Source of the DNA: a virus
Taxonomy: Duplodnaviria > Caudoviricetes
Length of the DNA: 62,760 nucleotides
Strand: one strand, 5' to 3'
IMG/VR virus record: IMGVR_UViG_3300044707_000497
Span: 1 to 62,760 of that record
This document shows, piece by piece, positions 28,530 through 37,723 of the stretch (positions are counted from its first letter, which is position 1; each line of letters opens with the position of its first letter). The position numbers and the translations under genes were made by a program. Under the pieces are notes generated by a model. That model made no database searches. It was not told where the DNA came from and was given only the letters and a program-made list of their open reading frames with translations.

Positions 28530-29000
28530 CCCGAGGGTGGGGGGTCTGGGGGGAGTTATTAACTTTCACCAAAAAATAAGTAACTCCGAGTGATGACATT
28601 ACATCAAAATGGGGGGAAGGGGGGGGGGGGGGGGTGGGAGAAATAAAAATAAAAAAAACTACGGCGACGAGAAAAAACCCCTAATATATTATATTTTTTT
28701 AAACGGTAGAATAGGACAAACCCCCTTTCCCCCCGAGAGGGGTTAAAAGCCTCCACTCGTATCGGTTAGTGTGGGGGGTTTGAGAAAAAACTGACCCCCC
28801 GAGACCCCCCGTTTTTTACAAACCCCCCGCTTGCGCTCGGCCCCTCCACTCGGCCTAAAAATAAATATGCGTATGAATGTATATTTCCAAAAATCGACAA
28901 AAAATTTATTTGGGGTCAAATGATAGTCGCCACCGGCGATAGCCGGTGATAGCCCCCTACCCTGGTGGGGTGGGTGGTGGGGTCGAATTTCCGTCCATAA
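28530..29000. other. Low-complexity non-coding G/C- and A/T-tract region (candidate genome terminus/pac site or origin)
   Basis: G16 run at 28619-28634, many G/C runs and IRs, no credible ORF; lies between the end of the middle genes and the early region. Confidence 0.45.
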
Positions 29001-29271
29001 GTGCCTCTACGGGTTTTCAACCCGTATCCCCTGAATCCATAAACCATTGATTCACAGCAAGTTAGCACATCTGCCGCTTTGCTTTGTCCAGCATTGCACA
29101 GCATTTCCAGCGTAGAAAGCCCGTTTTTGCAAAGTTTTCATTGCCCTAGGGCACAAGGGTTTATGGCTACTTTGTTCAAAAGTTAATAACTGGCAATTTT
29201 TGCAGAAAAGCCGTAGATTGGCAAGGCAAAGCCTTGAAAATGAGTAGCTTGCAAAGATTCCGTATAGAGAA

Positions 29272-29929
29272 GTGTCGGAGACGACATTAAACATCAGTCG
29301 GGGCTGGCTCGCCAGTCCTCGCAAGTGATCTTTTTAGTTTGCGGGAATGACCTACGGATGAGGATGGAAGCCCTCACATTGGTTCAAGTCGGAACGGGCT
29401 TTAGCTCATAAGTTTCTGACGGACTTCAGTCCAACTGAACCAAAGTAGAATGCTGCCTGCATCAATGCTGAATTGATTTTCGGTCTTTGACATTTTGACG
29501 GAGTGAATCTCCAAGTGGCGGTTGGTTGAGACGCGGCGGTATATCGGGCAGTCCGAATCCGCTGAAGCGGTAAACCTATAAAGGCTTCAGGGCAATAATC
29601 TGGAAACGGGTTGAACCTCATTTCGGGGCGTGTTCGGGGCGCATTGTGGCGGATTTATCCGCTGGCGGCTACTCCCTCGCAACTCTCTCGCAATGATCCG
29701 TAGCATCCAATTATTGAAAATTTTAGTTTAGGAGAGCCCTTGCGCTATGCAAGCAAGGGGAAGCGGCCAAAGGCCGACGCGGCGGCGATGCCTCACCGCG
29801 TTAGTTCAACTTAAACGGCGACAATAGAAGCCAACCCGAATCTGATCAACGGCAATGTCTAACAGTGTTGCCACCAGTAGCGCGGTTCGATCAGTGAAGG
29901 CAATCACTCTTCAGGCGGTGGAAGAGTGA
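29272..29929 (+). ncRNA. Large multi-hairpin structured RNA / early leader
   Basis: More than 15 hairpins with G-U pairs on the + strand, a long-range helix CTACGGAT(29352)/ATCCGTAG(29696), no credible ORF. Confidence 0.7.
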
Positions 29930-29997
29930 GGTTAATGCAACCAAGAATCCATGTGGATTCTTGCCAGTCACAAGTCTGGAGAGAATGCAGAGTGACC
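29930..29997 (+). ncRNA. Twister ribozyme (type P1)
   Basis: P1 GGT/ACC, TAA, P2 TGCA/TGCA, AC pairing with loop GT, P3 CAAGAATCC/GGATTCTTG, P4 CCAG-TCACAAGT-CTGG, GAGTG; predicted cleavage U29933/A29934. Confidence 0.88.
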
Positions 29998-30025
29998 AAC
30001 CCGCAGTAAAATAGAAAGTAAAACC

Positions 30026-30457
30026 ATGCAAGTTATTGAAACACAAATCACAGCCCCAGCCGTCGCAGCAGCAGTCACCCGCGACATTGTCACATCCAAG
30101 GGCAAAGTCACTGGGACTGAATTCATCTTCGAGATGGGCGATACCAAAGCCCTCAAAGAAGCGATCAAATCGGCTCATCCAGATTGGGGCAACAAGCGGA
30201 TCAGCCGTGAGGTTGCTGTCCTCCGTGCCGACAAGATGGCGGCAAGCCGCCTCCAAGCGGATGCCTTCGTCGGAATGCAGTTCGCCAAAGGCCGCACGGC
30301 TGTCCTCGGTAAGGATCGCAACAGCGGCAAGTCTTCCCTCCACTTCGAGGATTGCAATGTCGAGGCTGATGGCACTGCCATCCTCAAGGCTGCCGCTCAA
30401 AAGCTGGCCGACAAGATGGGCTGGACATTGGAGGCTGCCATCGAAGCTCTCAAGTAA
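30026..30457 (+). CDS. First early gene, hypothetical protein (143 aa), flanked by ribozymes
   Basis: aaaaccATG context, strongly biased codon usage. Confidence 0.85.
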   Translation: MQVIETQITAPAVAAAVTRDIVTSKGKVTGTEFIFEMGDTKALKEAIKSAHPDWGNKRISREVAVLRADKMAASRLQADAFVGMQFAKGRTAVLGKDRNSGKSSLHFEDCNVEADGTAILKAAAQKLADKMGWTLEAAIEALK

Positions 30458-30512
30458 GGTCGAAACACCCCGCAAGGGGTGTCTGTCCGTAATGCGGACA
30501 CTGATGATGACC
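30458..30512 (+). ncRNA. Hammerhead ribozyme (type II)
   Basis: GGTC-GAAAC-ACCCC-GCAA-GGGGT-GTC^-TGTCCG-TAATG-CGGACA-CTGATGA-T-GACC; predicted cleavage after C30483. Confidence 0.92.
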
Positions 30513-30541
30513 ATCTGCAAAACCTTAACAAGAAAGAAGAT

Positions 30542-30757
30542 ATGACAGAAATTATCGCAATCGCTTTAGACAATCTCAAGGATGCCCGTGACAATGGGCA
30601 ATCCCAATTCCCAAGCAATGATATTCTCGCCGCTTGCATCACCATCGCCAAGTCAAAGGCTTCTCAAGTAGAAGAAGACTTATATGGAATCATATGCCGT
30701 GGAAACACTGGCGAATTCCGTTTCACTGATCACTCCTTTCGGTTTTTCCCTCTCTAA
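30542..30757 (+). CDS. Hypothetical early protein
   Basis: ATG at 30542 downstream of the hammerhead; the longer track start runs through the ribozyme. Confidence 0.65.
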   Translation: MTEIIAIALDNLKDARDNGQSQFPSNDILAACITIAKSKASQVEEDLYGIICRGNTGEFRFTDHSFRFFPL

Positions 30758-30759
30758 TT

Positions 30760-31284
30760 ATGACATCCAACTTCCAACAAATCCGCGAGCATGGAATCCT
30801 GAAGGCTGATCCAATGCTCGACCGCAAGGATTGGTCTTTCGACCATCGCGGCGAGATCATCGCCAGGTATAAAAACAAGGTGGCGGGCAACAAGACATCC
30901 AAGTATAAGGAAATCCGCAAGCCTCTCCCGACTCCCCTCGAAACAAGGCTTGCCCTCCAGTCTCGGCTTCTCATTGCCGCCCAAGAGCGGGGCAATGTGC
31001 CACTGAATCATGCACCAAAGAAGCCTGCACCAGTGCATTTCGTTCTCATTGTAGAGAATAAGACTTTCTTCCCTGAAGTAGAGAAGGATGGAGAAACCGT
31101 AAGAATGCCCCTCCGTGTTGTGAAGGGCACGATTATCGGCACGAATAAATTCCGCGAGGAGTTTTCCATCGTGAAGCGGTCTTGCAACCTGAAGGTTGCC
31201 AAGATCAGGGCAAGAGTTGCCCGAGTTTGCGGCGACGCTGCCGCCAAAGAATTAGATCAGTGCATCATCAACCTATACAAATAA
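30760..31284 (+). CDS. Hypothetical basic early protein
   Basis: 174 aa, tightly packed with neighbours. Confidence 0.7.
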   Translation: MTSNFQQIREHGILKADPMLDRKDWSFDHRGEIIARYKNKVAGNKTSKYKEIRKPLPTPLETRLALQSRLLIAAQERGNVPLNHAPKKPAPVHFVLIVENKTFFPEVEKDGETVRMPLRVVKGTIIGTNKFREEFSIVKRSCNLKVAKIRARVARVCGDAAAKELDQCIINLYK

Positions 31285-31691
31285 TGAAAGACCTCGTTAT
31301 GACACAATACTGCAAAATAAATCCTATGTTAATCGAAGCAACGCTGTTTCAAATCACCCACACTCATAATCGGTATAACGACCGCCATAATTGGTCATGG
31401 CCCCGACAACGCACCAGCACCTTTGTTCTTAGGGACAAGCCAAAAACCTCTTGGCAAGATGTAGCCGAAGAGTGTTTCCACATCACCAATGCGCCCGAGG
31501 AAATGCTTTCAGAGTCGCAGATGCAGCTTGCTGCATCGCACAAGAAAGCATCTTTGTCAGTCGGCGACATCGTTCAGGTGACGCATCCATGCGGCACTGA
31601 GTTCTTCATGTGCCTTTCTTCGGGGTGGAAGAGGGCTGAAGCCGACGAGCTTTCGCAGTTCTTTGGCTGCCTCGTCACAACAGAAAAATAA
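31284..31691 (+). CDS. YodL-like domain protein
   Basis: SLSVGDIVQV...FFMCLSSGW. Confidence 0.6.
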   Translation: MKDLVMTQYCKINPMLIEATLFQITHTHNRYNDRHNWSWPRQRTSTFVLRDKPKTSWQDVAEECFHITNAPEEMLSESQMQLAASHKKASLSVGDIVQVTHPCGTEFFMCLSSGWKRAEADELSQFFGCLVTTEK

Positions 31692-31702
31692 TTCCTATCA
31701 TA

Positions 31703-31870
31703 ATGAAAATTATATCCATCCTGCTCATCATCGCATGGTGTTTGGCTTTCCCGACGGCGTTCTTCGTCGTCTGGGCTTGCAACATGTCAGTTGGCGAAGC
31801 CCTCCCACTCCTTTCTGCGACGAGTGCCCTTGGCCTCATCGCTGGAATCATCCACGAAAAATACGCTTGA
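31703..31870 (+). CDS. Small two-TM membrane protein (55 aa)
   Basis: MKIISILLIIAWCLAFPTAFFVVWAC...LPLLSATSALGLIAGII; not in the ORF track. Confidence 0.6.
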   Translation: MKIISILLIIAWCLAFPTAFFVVWACNMSVGEALPLLSATSALGLIAGIIHEKYA

Positions 31871-31912
31871 AGTTAATAACCGTTTCACTAAAACCACAAC
31901 CAAACAACCAGA

Positions 31913-32485
31913 ATGAACCCGAACCTTGACCCTGACGACGACGAGCGGCCTGCACGCTCATTCCGCCGTGACCCCGACGACCAACCAACGAGTGAAGACT
32001 TGTTGAAAGAAGCGCGAGAATTCCATGATGAGTGGTCTCGCCGCAACCCTAACCGAGTCTATGGCTACTCATACCCCGACTGAACCAATGAATCAAAGAA
32101 CCACTGATCCATTGAACGAGTGGCGTCTTGGCAAGCGTATTGCCGAGGCGCTAGGGCTCAAGCCCGTCGGAGAAAACAAATACAAAACCCAGTGGGGCGT
32201 GAAGAACCCCATCGCATTAACCAAGGCGCTCCGCGCCATTCTCAAATGAACGAAGACATCACACTTCCTTGGTATGGCGGCGTGCCGTGCCTCATCTCGC
32301 AGTATCGAATCGTCGCCAGCAACACCGGCTTCGGCTGGTTTGCTGTCGAGAGGTGGGACTTCGGCTTAGGGCAGTATGCCCCGCTGACATCGTTCCGCGA
32401 CTTTGACCAGGCCAGAGAGTTCATCCGTCTGGAGTCTTTTAGAGAGAAGTCCCTTTCCCCAGAACAACAAACCACAAACCAATAG
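31913..32485 (+). other. Three small hypothetical CDSs (31913-32083, 32088-32249, 32246-32485)
   Basis: Tightly packed ORFs with A-rich start contexts. Confidence 0.55.
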
Positions 32486-32497
32486 AAAACCAAAACC

Positions 32498-32944
32498 ATG
32501 TCATGCTTCATTGTTAGCAACGAAACAATCGGTCGCGTCGCCCTAGCCACAGATGCCAAGGGTAAATACAACGAACGACTCAGCACAGCGTTCGAGGAAA
32601 TTGGCTACGACCTTTTTGATGTCGAGCGCCTTGCCCGAGACCTATTCGACCTCAATGTGGATGCGTTCTGTGAACGCTACCCCGCCGACGAAGATGCCCC
32701 AGAGGGTCAGCGCACCCGATACCCCGAGGACATCCCCGAGTTCGAGTTTATCCCATTCACAGGCAAGTTGGATCGGGCAGCACTGATCCAAGCCCACAAG
32801 TCGGCATGTTGCCTACACTACCAGTGCAGTGAAGGGGATGTTCCCGAGCGCCCACTATACAAGGCTCTCAAGAAGTTCATCCGCGACCTCGAAAGAGACC
32901 TCGTCACCAACACCCCCGAATGGGAAGAAGCCCTTTGGGGGTGA
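32498..32944 (+). CDS. Hypothetical early protein
   Basis: 148 aa, CLHYQCSEG motif. Confidence 0.75.
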   Translation: MSCFIVSNETIGRVALATDAKGKYNERLSTAFEEIGYDLFDVERLARDLFDLNVDAFCERYPADEDAPEGQRTRYPEDIPEFEFIPFTGKLDRAALIQAHKSACCLHYQCSEGDVPERPLYKALKKFIRDLERDLVTNTPEWEEALWG

Positions 32945-32950
32945 AGTCAT

Positions 32951-32975
32951 AACCGTTCCCCTCAGAACACAACCA
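32951..32975 (+). repeat. 25-bp intergenic direct repeat (second copy 37466-37490)
   Basis: AACCGTTCCCCTCAGAACACAACCA is identical at both sites. Confidence 0.9.
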
Positions 32976-32993
32976 TCAACCAATAGAAAAGAA

Positions 32994-33626
32994 ATGACAA
33001 CTACAACAGCACCAGCAATTAAGAAAATAAACCTCGGAGGCATTGCCACCAAGAAAGAGGGCAGCAAGACAAGCTACCCCACTCTGCCTGATCCATGCGG
33101 CGATGTCGCCAAGTTGACGAGCGACATTGTCAATGAAACCCGAGAGATTGAAGCCATAGAGGCCAGCATCGGCATCAAGACAAGGGAGTTGAAGGCTCTT
33201 GCTCAAGACTTCTACTTCAACCACCACCACAACAAGCATGATGTTCCATCAAGCGTGGAGGCTGTCGGAGTGAACAGTGAGAAAGTGCTTATCAGTATCC
33301 AAAACCGATACGCAACTCTGGCCGACGAAACTCCTATCATAGAGGTGCTTGGCGAGGAGCGCACGGCGCAGTTCTTCCGGCAGTCCTTCGAGCTAAAGAT
33401 TGACGGCGACAAGATTCCCGCCGACAGCGCCGAGTCGCTTATTATGGCGGTGCAAGCATTGTTCGCTGAATACAATGCAACCGAAGCGTTGACAGCCAAG
33501 GCCGTCATCAAGCCGACATCGGAGTTCCACGCCGCACGCCACACGGCGCTGTCGGTAGAGGAGAACATGGCCGTCGAACGGGTTTGCCCCGCTCGCATTG
33601 CACTCAGCACGAAAGGACGGAAATGA
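32994..33626 (+). CDS. Hypothetical protein
   Basis: ATG at 32994; 210 aa. Confidence 0.75.
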   Translation: MTTTTAPAIKKINLGGIATKKEGSKTSYPTLPDPCGDVAKLTSDIVNETREIEAIEASIGIKTRELKALAQDFYFNHHHNKHDVPSSVEAVGVNSEKVLISIQNRYATLADETPIIEVLGEERTAQFFRQSFELKIDGDKIPADSAESLIMAVQALFAEYNATEALTAKAVIKPTSEFHAARHTALSVEENMAVERVCPARIALSTKGRK

Positions 33627-33865
33627 AACTCATTAAGTTCACACAAGTTGTAAAAAGCCGTGAAGAGTATCCCGTTTACATAAACCCAGATACCGTGTCC
33701 AGAGTCCGAATCTTGACTCGCCATGAGAAACTATCGGCGGCCCCCGAGGCGACCACCTACCTCGTTATGGGCAGTGCCAGTATTCATCTCAGCGAGAGCT
33801 TAGAGGAAGTCATTGCCGCGCTCACATCACCCACCTTAGCAACCCGATTAGCATCAAAACTATGA
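33623..33865 (+). CDS. Hypothetical protein (FlbD-like pattern)
   Basis: MKLIKFT...VYINPDTV...LSESLEEV. Confidence 0.6.
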   Translation: MKLIKFTQVVKSREEYPVYINPDTVSRVRILTRHEKLSAAPEATTYLVMGSASIHLSESLEEVIAALTSPTLATRLASKL

Positions 33866-34003
33866 ACGACGACGACGGTTACGACCTGAGCAGCGAGATT
33901 GAGGAGGAGCGCCGAGAGCGTTACTTCCACAAATGCGCCATGCGCGACATGGATCAAGGCATCCGCCCTACTTACTGGGATGAACCGGAAAAGGAGGAAG
34001 ACA

Positions 34004-34192
34004 ATGAAGATGTATGAAGTTGACATCCTCGTTACGGGAACGCGCCGAGAGATTTACCACATCCTCGCCGAGTCTCAAGAATCCGCTGTCAATCAAGCCG
34101 TGGAGGGTTTGGTGCATGCGTATAATGAAAATTATGAGCCTCAAGACCATAGCCGCGAACTCTACGCAGTAGAGGAGATCGAGTCTAAATGA
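34004..34192 (+). CDS. DpnD/PcfM-like small protein
   Basis: MKMYEVDI...YHILAESQESA. Confidence 0.55.
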   Translation: MKMYEVDILVTGTRREIYHILAESQESAVNQAVEGLVHAYNENYEPQDHSRELYAVEEIESK

Positions 34193-34806
34193 AGCCTCCA
34201 TCCTACCCGCTGCGTCCGATCAACGGCGGTCCTCTCCCTAGGGCGAGGATCAAGCCGGGGGTCTGGAGCTATGAACCAAAGATTAACGGATGGCGTGCAG
34301 TAGTGAACACGCAAACCGGAGAAATGTGGAACCGCAAAGGCGAGCGCCTGTCAATAGAGAAGGAGTTCGCCGAGGTTCTTGACACCCTGCGATCTGCAAG
34401 TCTGCCCGAGTCGATGACTTGGTTGGACTGCGAGGCGCTAGAGCGTCGCCACAATGTCGGTCGCGGTAGCCTTGTCGTTCTCGACTATATGCCGACGAGA
34501 TACGACAAGACTACCTACTTGCAGCGCCGTGAGGTTATCCGCCTGGCGCTGTGCAACACCCCCGCCTGGGAAGCCTGGCGTGTGGAGGACTGCCCTAGGG
34601 AGAACAAGCTAATGTTCCTTGACTGCTGTTATGACGACGGCGGCAAGGCTGCGGCTTGGGATCACTTGCAGCGCCTCAACACCCGCTTCCATGCGGAACT
34701 CTTTGAGGGGTTGGTCGCAAAACGCACCGACTCCCTCTATCCCCCACAACTCCGATCACCCAGCTTGGAGTTTCCGCTGTGGGTTAAACACCGCTGGGAA
34801 TTTTAG
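34189..34806 (+). CDS. ATP-dependent ligase-family nucleotidyltransferase, adenylation domain only
   Basis: EPKINGWR (motif I), LDCE (III), VLD (IIIa), EGLVAK (IV), WVKHR (V); no OB domain. Confidence 0.8.
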   Translation: MKPPSYPLRPINGGPLPRARIKPGVWSYEPKINGWRAVVNTQTGEMWNRKGERLSIEKEFAEVLDTLRSASLPESMTWLDCEALERRHNVGRGSLVVLDYMPTRYDKTTYLQRREVIRLALCNTPAWEAWRVEDCPRENKLMFLDCCYDDGGKAAAWDHLQRLNTRFHAELFEGLVAKRTDSLYPPQLRSPSLEFPLWVKHRWEF

Positions 34807-34818
34807 AAAGAAAACCGA

Positions 34819-35362
34819 ATGAAAAAGCTATCTAAAGAATACTACTGGGAGCTTGCCCAGTTCTGCATGGATTACCACGGAGGCCAATGGTCTCGCGGAT
34901 ACCGCCTGCTTTGCAGGCTCTCCCCCTCAAACTGGCCCTCTTCCCTCTCCGAAGAGTTAAGAGAGTCGGAGGCATATCAATGGCTCGTGGATAACTACGC
35001 CAACAAGGTATGAGCGCCGACCTCCACGACCTCTACACAGTCACTTGTGAAGAACTCCCACACCCTGAACCCCTAGCGTATTACGACGGGGCTCTCGGTT
35101 ACGAAGCTTATGTGTGTCGCAAGTGCGGCACATATTTCGACCACTACGGTCAACAGAAACCCGACGATTGGAGCCTACGCTTCATCGGCAAAACAAAACC
35201 ATGAACACAGCAGAAGCAGAAGCAGCCGCCCTCGCCACGCTCAACAAAGCCGCCGAACAATTATACAACATTGAAGGCGATCAATGGCAGGAGGCTTATG
35301 AAATGATTGAAGCCGTAATAAATAAACTAAACCCAACCAATGAAAACCAAAAAGACACCTAA
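34819..35362 (+). other. Three small hypothetical CDSs (34819-35013, 35010-35204 with CxxC, 35201-35362)
   Basis: ATGA-coupled chain. Confidence 0.6.
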
Positions 35363-35750
35363 CCCCGCGTCGGTTGCACGCCGCGCCATGCTAACAGAAC
35401 TCGCTAACCAAGCGTCAGCTATGACACCGGAGGAACTCAAAGCATTCCTCCCTGTGGATGTGATGACTATTGAGAAGAAACCACTCAGCCCCAAGAACAC
35501 CTACCTCGTCCTCAACCAGTTGAAGACCGCTACCATAGTCGGCGGCTATGACCAATGGAAGAACGCTGGGCGTTTTGTTCGCAAGGGTGCCAAGTCCCTC
35601 GGAATCTGGGTTCCCTTGAAGCCAAGAACCAGTGCAACAACCCCTGATCCCACCCCTGATGAGAAGAAACCAACCTTTCGGTTCACTTTCGCGAGTGTCT
35701 TTGACATCTCACAAACTGAACCAGTGCAGCAAGAAGCAAAGAACAACTGA
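35340..35750 (+). CDS. ArdC-N-like ssDNA-binding/antirestriction domain protein
   Basis: GGYDQWKNAGRFVRKGAKSLGIWVP...VFDISQTE. Confidence 0.82.
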   Translation: MKTKKTPNPASVARRAMLTELANQASAMTPEELKAFLPVDVMTIEKKPLSPKNTYLVLNQLKTATIVGGYDQWKNAGRFVRKGAKSLGIWVPLKPRTSATTPDPTPDEKKPTFRFTFASVFDISQTEPVQQEAKNN

Positions 35751-35751
35751 T

Positions 35752-35943
35752 ATGAGATACACCGTCATCATTGCCGATAGCGACTTTGAATTCGACTCAG
35801 CCATTCAAGCCGTTTGGATATTCGATACAGTCGAAGCCGCCAATCAATACGCGGCGGAATGGAACCGAGCAGAGCGCACCAAAGCGTTCTCTGAAGACCG
35901 CGACCAGACTGCTTTTGCGAATATATTTGTAGCTAACAATTAA
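35752..35943 (+). CDS. Hypothetical protein
   Basis: ATG at 35752. Confidence 0.55.
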   Translation: MRYTVIIADSDFEFDSAIQAVWIFDTVEAANQYAAEWNRAERTKAFSEDRDQTAFANIFVANN

Positions 35944-35980
35944 CCCCAGAACACAAAACCACAACCATAGAAACAAAACC

Positions 35981-37453
35981 ATGCCAACAACATCACTAAC
36001 ACCAACAGAAATCGACGGCCTCAACTACGACGCCGCCAAGAAAGAGGTCTATGCCTGCGGATTCAAGGGCACATGGATCGCTAACGCCAACAGCGCAACG
36101 CTCAGGTCTCTTCTCAAGGGAGAGGTTGACCCCATCGAAGCTGCAACCATCACCCTCAACGCGATGGCAACCAAGAGCGGAGGGACGCCAGCGCCTATCA
36201 TCAGTGCTGCTGCTCCTACGCCGCCGCCCGCTCCTGCCCCAGCGGCTCCTGTCTCACTCGACGGGATGTTCGGTGCAGCCATCGGCGCTGCGGTTGACGC
36301 CCACCTCAAGGGTATCCACGACCGACTCGACGAGATCAGCGACGCCGTCGGCTCCACGCCGCCTGACATCGAGGATCGCTTGCAGAAAGTGCAAGACACC
36401 GTCTTGAGTCAGTGCAGCGTGATTGACAGTTCGCTCGAAACCTTGAAGACAAAGATCGCTGACGCGCTCGCCACAGGTGGCGCTGCTGCTGCGCGTGTCA
36501 TCGCTCCCATCCTCGGGGTCGCCGCGAGCGGCACGCTCGACCCAATCAAGCGTGCCCTAGAGTATTACTGCGCCCCAGGCGCATCGCTCAAACCAGTCCT
36601 GGTCAAAGGCGGCCCTGGCTCTGGTAAAACCTACGCCGCTCGCGAGCATGGCAAGTCCTTCGACCGCTATGTTGAGATCGGCGTTTACCCTGAGACTCAG
36701 TCCAGCGACTTGATCGGCTACATGACTCCTGTGGAGCCTTGGGTTGACGGCCCGCTCACCGACGCGTTCCGCGCTGCGGCTGCGGGTCAGCGTGTCTTGC
36801 TTGTCATCGACGAGCTTTACCGCGCCAGCGGCCCCGCCCGTCAGTGCTTGCTCACGCCGCTTGTCCCAGCGGTAATTGATGACAAGTCCTACTACCGCCT
36901 CCGCACAGGCAAGCCTGTTGTTGACTCGGTCACGGGTGCCACGACAAGCGAGGTGCTTCTTGCTCCGCAAGAAAACCTTGCCATCGTTGCCACGACCAAT
37001 GTCGGCGGCAAGTTCGATGTCAGCCCTGCTGATCCGGCTGAGAAGGAACGCTTTGTTCCTGTCCATGTTGAGGTGCAAGAGTCCAAGCTGCGCGGTATCC
37101 TCGATTCGTGGACTACTGCGAAGGGTTTCAACCCCTTTGTCACTGATGCGGTCGTCAAGTTCTGGAAGGCGTGCAAGGTTCTTGTCGCTGACAACTTCCT
37201 TGAGCAGTGCCCTTCCACTCGCATCCTCTCCGAGGCGTTGAAATACAGTAGGGACGAGGCTGATGTTCCAAACCGCATCCTCGACATGGGCTTGCACATC
37301 TGGGTTGCCGAGACCCTCGACGGTCTGCCCGAGCCCGAGCAGTGCAAGCGCGTAGTCGATGCGTTGCGGGGTGCATTCCCTGCCTTCAAGCCCGAACCCA
37401 CCGGAGACCCTGCAATCGACGCAATAATCCTGCCGACTCCATCTCCATTCTGA
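35981..37453 (+). CDS. MoxR/CbbQ/CobS-like AAA+ ATPase
   Basis: GGPGSGKT, WVDGPLT, LVIDE, ATTN, ERF, STR. Confidence 0.9.
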   Translation: MPTTSLTPTEIDGLNYDAAKKEVYACGFKGTWIANANSATLRSLLKGEVDPIEAATITLNAMATKSGGTPAPIISAAAPTPPPAPAPAAPVSLDGMFGAAIGAAVDAHLKGIHDRLDEISDAVGSTPPDIEDRLQKVQDTVLSQCSVIDSSLETLKTKIADALATGGAAAARVIAPILGVAASGTLDPIKRALEYYCAPGASLKPVLVKGGPGSGKTYAAREHGKSFDRYVEIGVYPETQSSDLIGYMTPVEPWVDGPLTDAFRAAAAGQRVLLVIDELYRASGPARQCLLTPLVPAVIDDKSYYRLRTGKPVVDSVTGATTSEVLLAPQENLAIVATTNVGGKFDVSPADPAEKERFVPVHVEVQESKLRGILDSWTTAKGFNPFVTDAVVKFWKACKVLVADNFLEQCPSTRILSEALKYSRDEADVPNRILDMGLHIWVAETLDGLPEPEQCKRVVDALRGAFPAFKPEPTGDPAIDAIILPTPSPF

Positions 37454-37501
37454 TTCAGGTGTAAGAACCGTTCCCCTCAGAACACAACCAAAACCATAAC
37501 C

Positions 37502-37705
37502 ATGTATTACGGAAAAAATAATAGCCAACCTTCAGACAACGGCAGCACACGCCGTTACGACCCCTCAAGAGCGCAACTAGAAGACAGCTTGCATTGGGCG
37601 CGGAAAAAAGAAGAGCGCGTTTGGGGGAGTGGAGAACACGAAGCCGCCCGCGCCGAAGTTCAACGCCTTGAAGCAGCCATCTTAAAAACAACCAACAAGA
37701 AATAA
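37502..37705 (+). CDS. Hypothetical protein
   Basis: 67 aa between the AAA and vWA genes. Confidence 0.55.
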   Translation: MYYGKNNSQPSDNGSTRRYDPSRAQLEDSLHWARKKEERVWGSGEHEAARAEVQRLEAAILKTTNKK

Positions 37706-37723
37706 ACCAACAAGAAATAAACC

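Noticed and set aside
28916-29621. Short - strand ORFs in the non-coding region
   Set aside because: No motifs, antisense to flanking transcription, and overlapping dense RNA structure.
35650-35690. CTGATGAGAAGAAAC hammerhead-like core
   Set aside because: Inside the ArdC-N CDS; stems II and III cannot form properly.
18779-37528. Long antisense ORFs 18779..19897 and 36557..37528
   Set aside because: Antisense shadows of codon-biased helicase and AAA genes.
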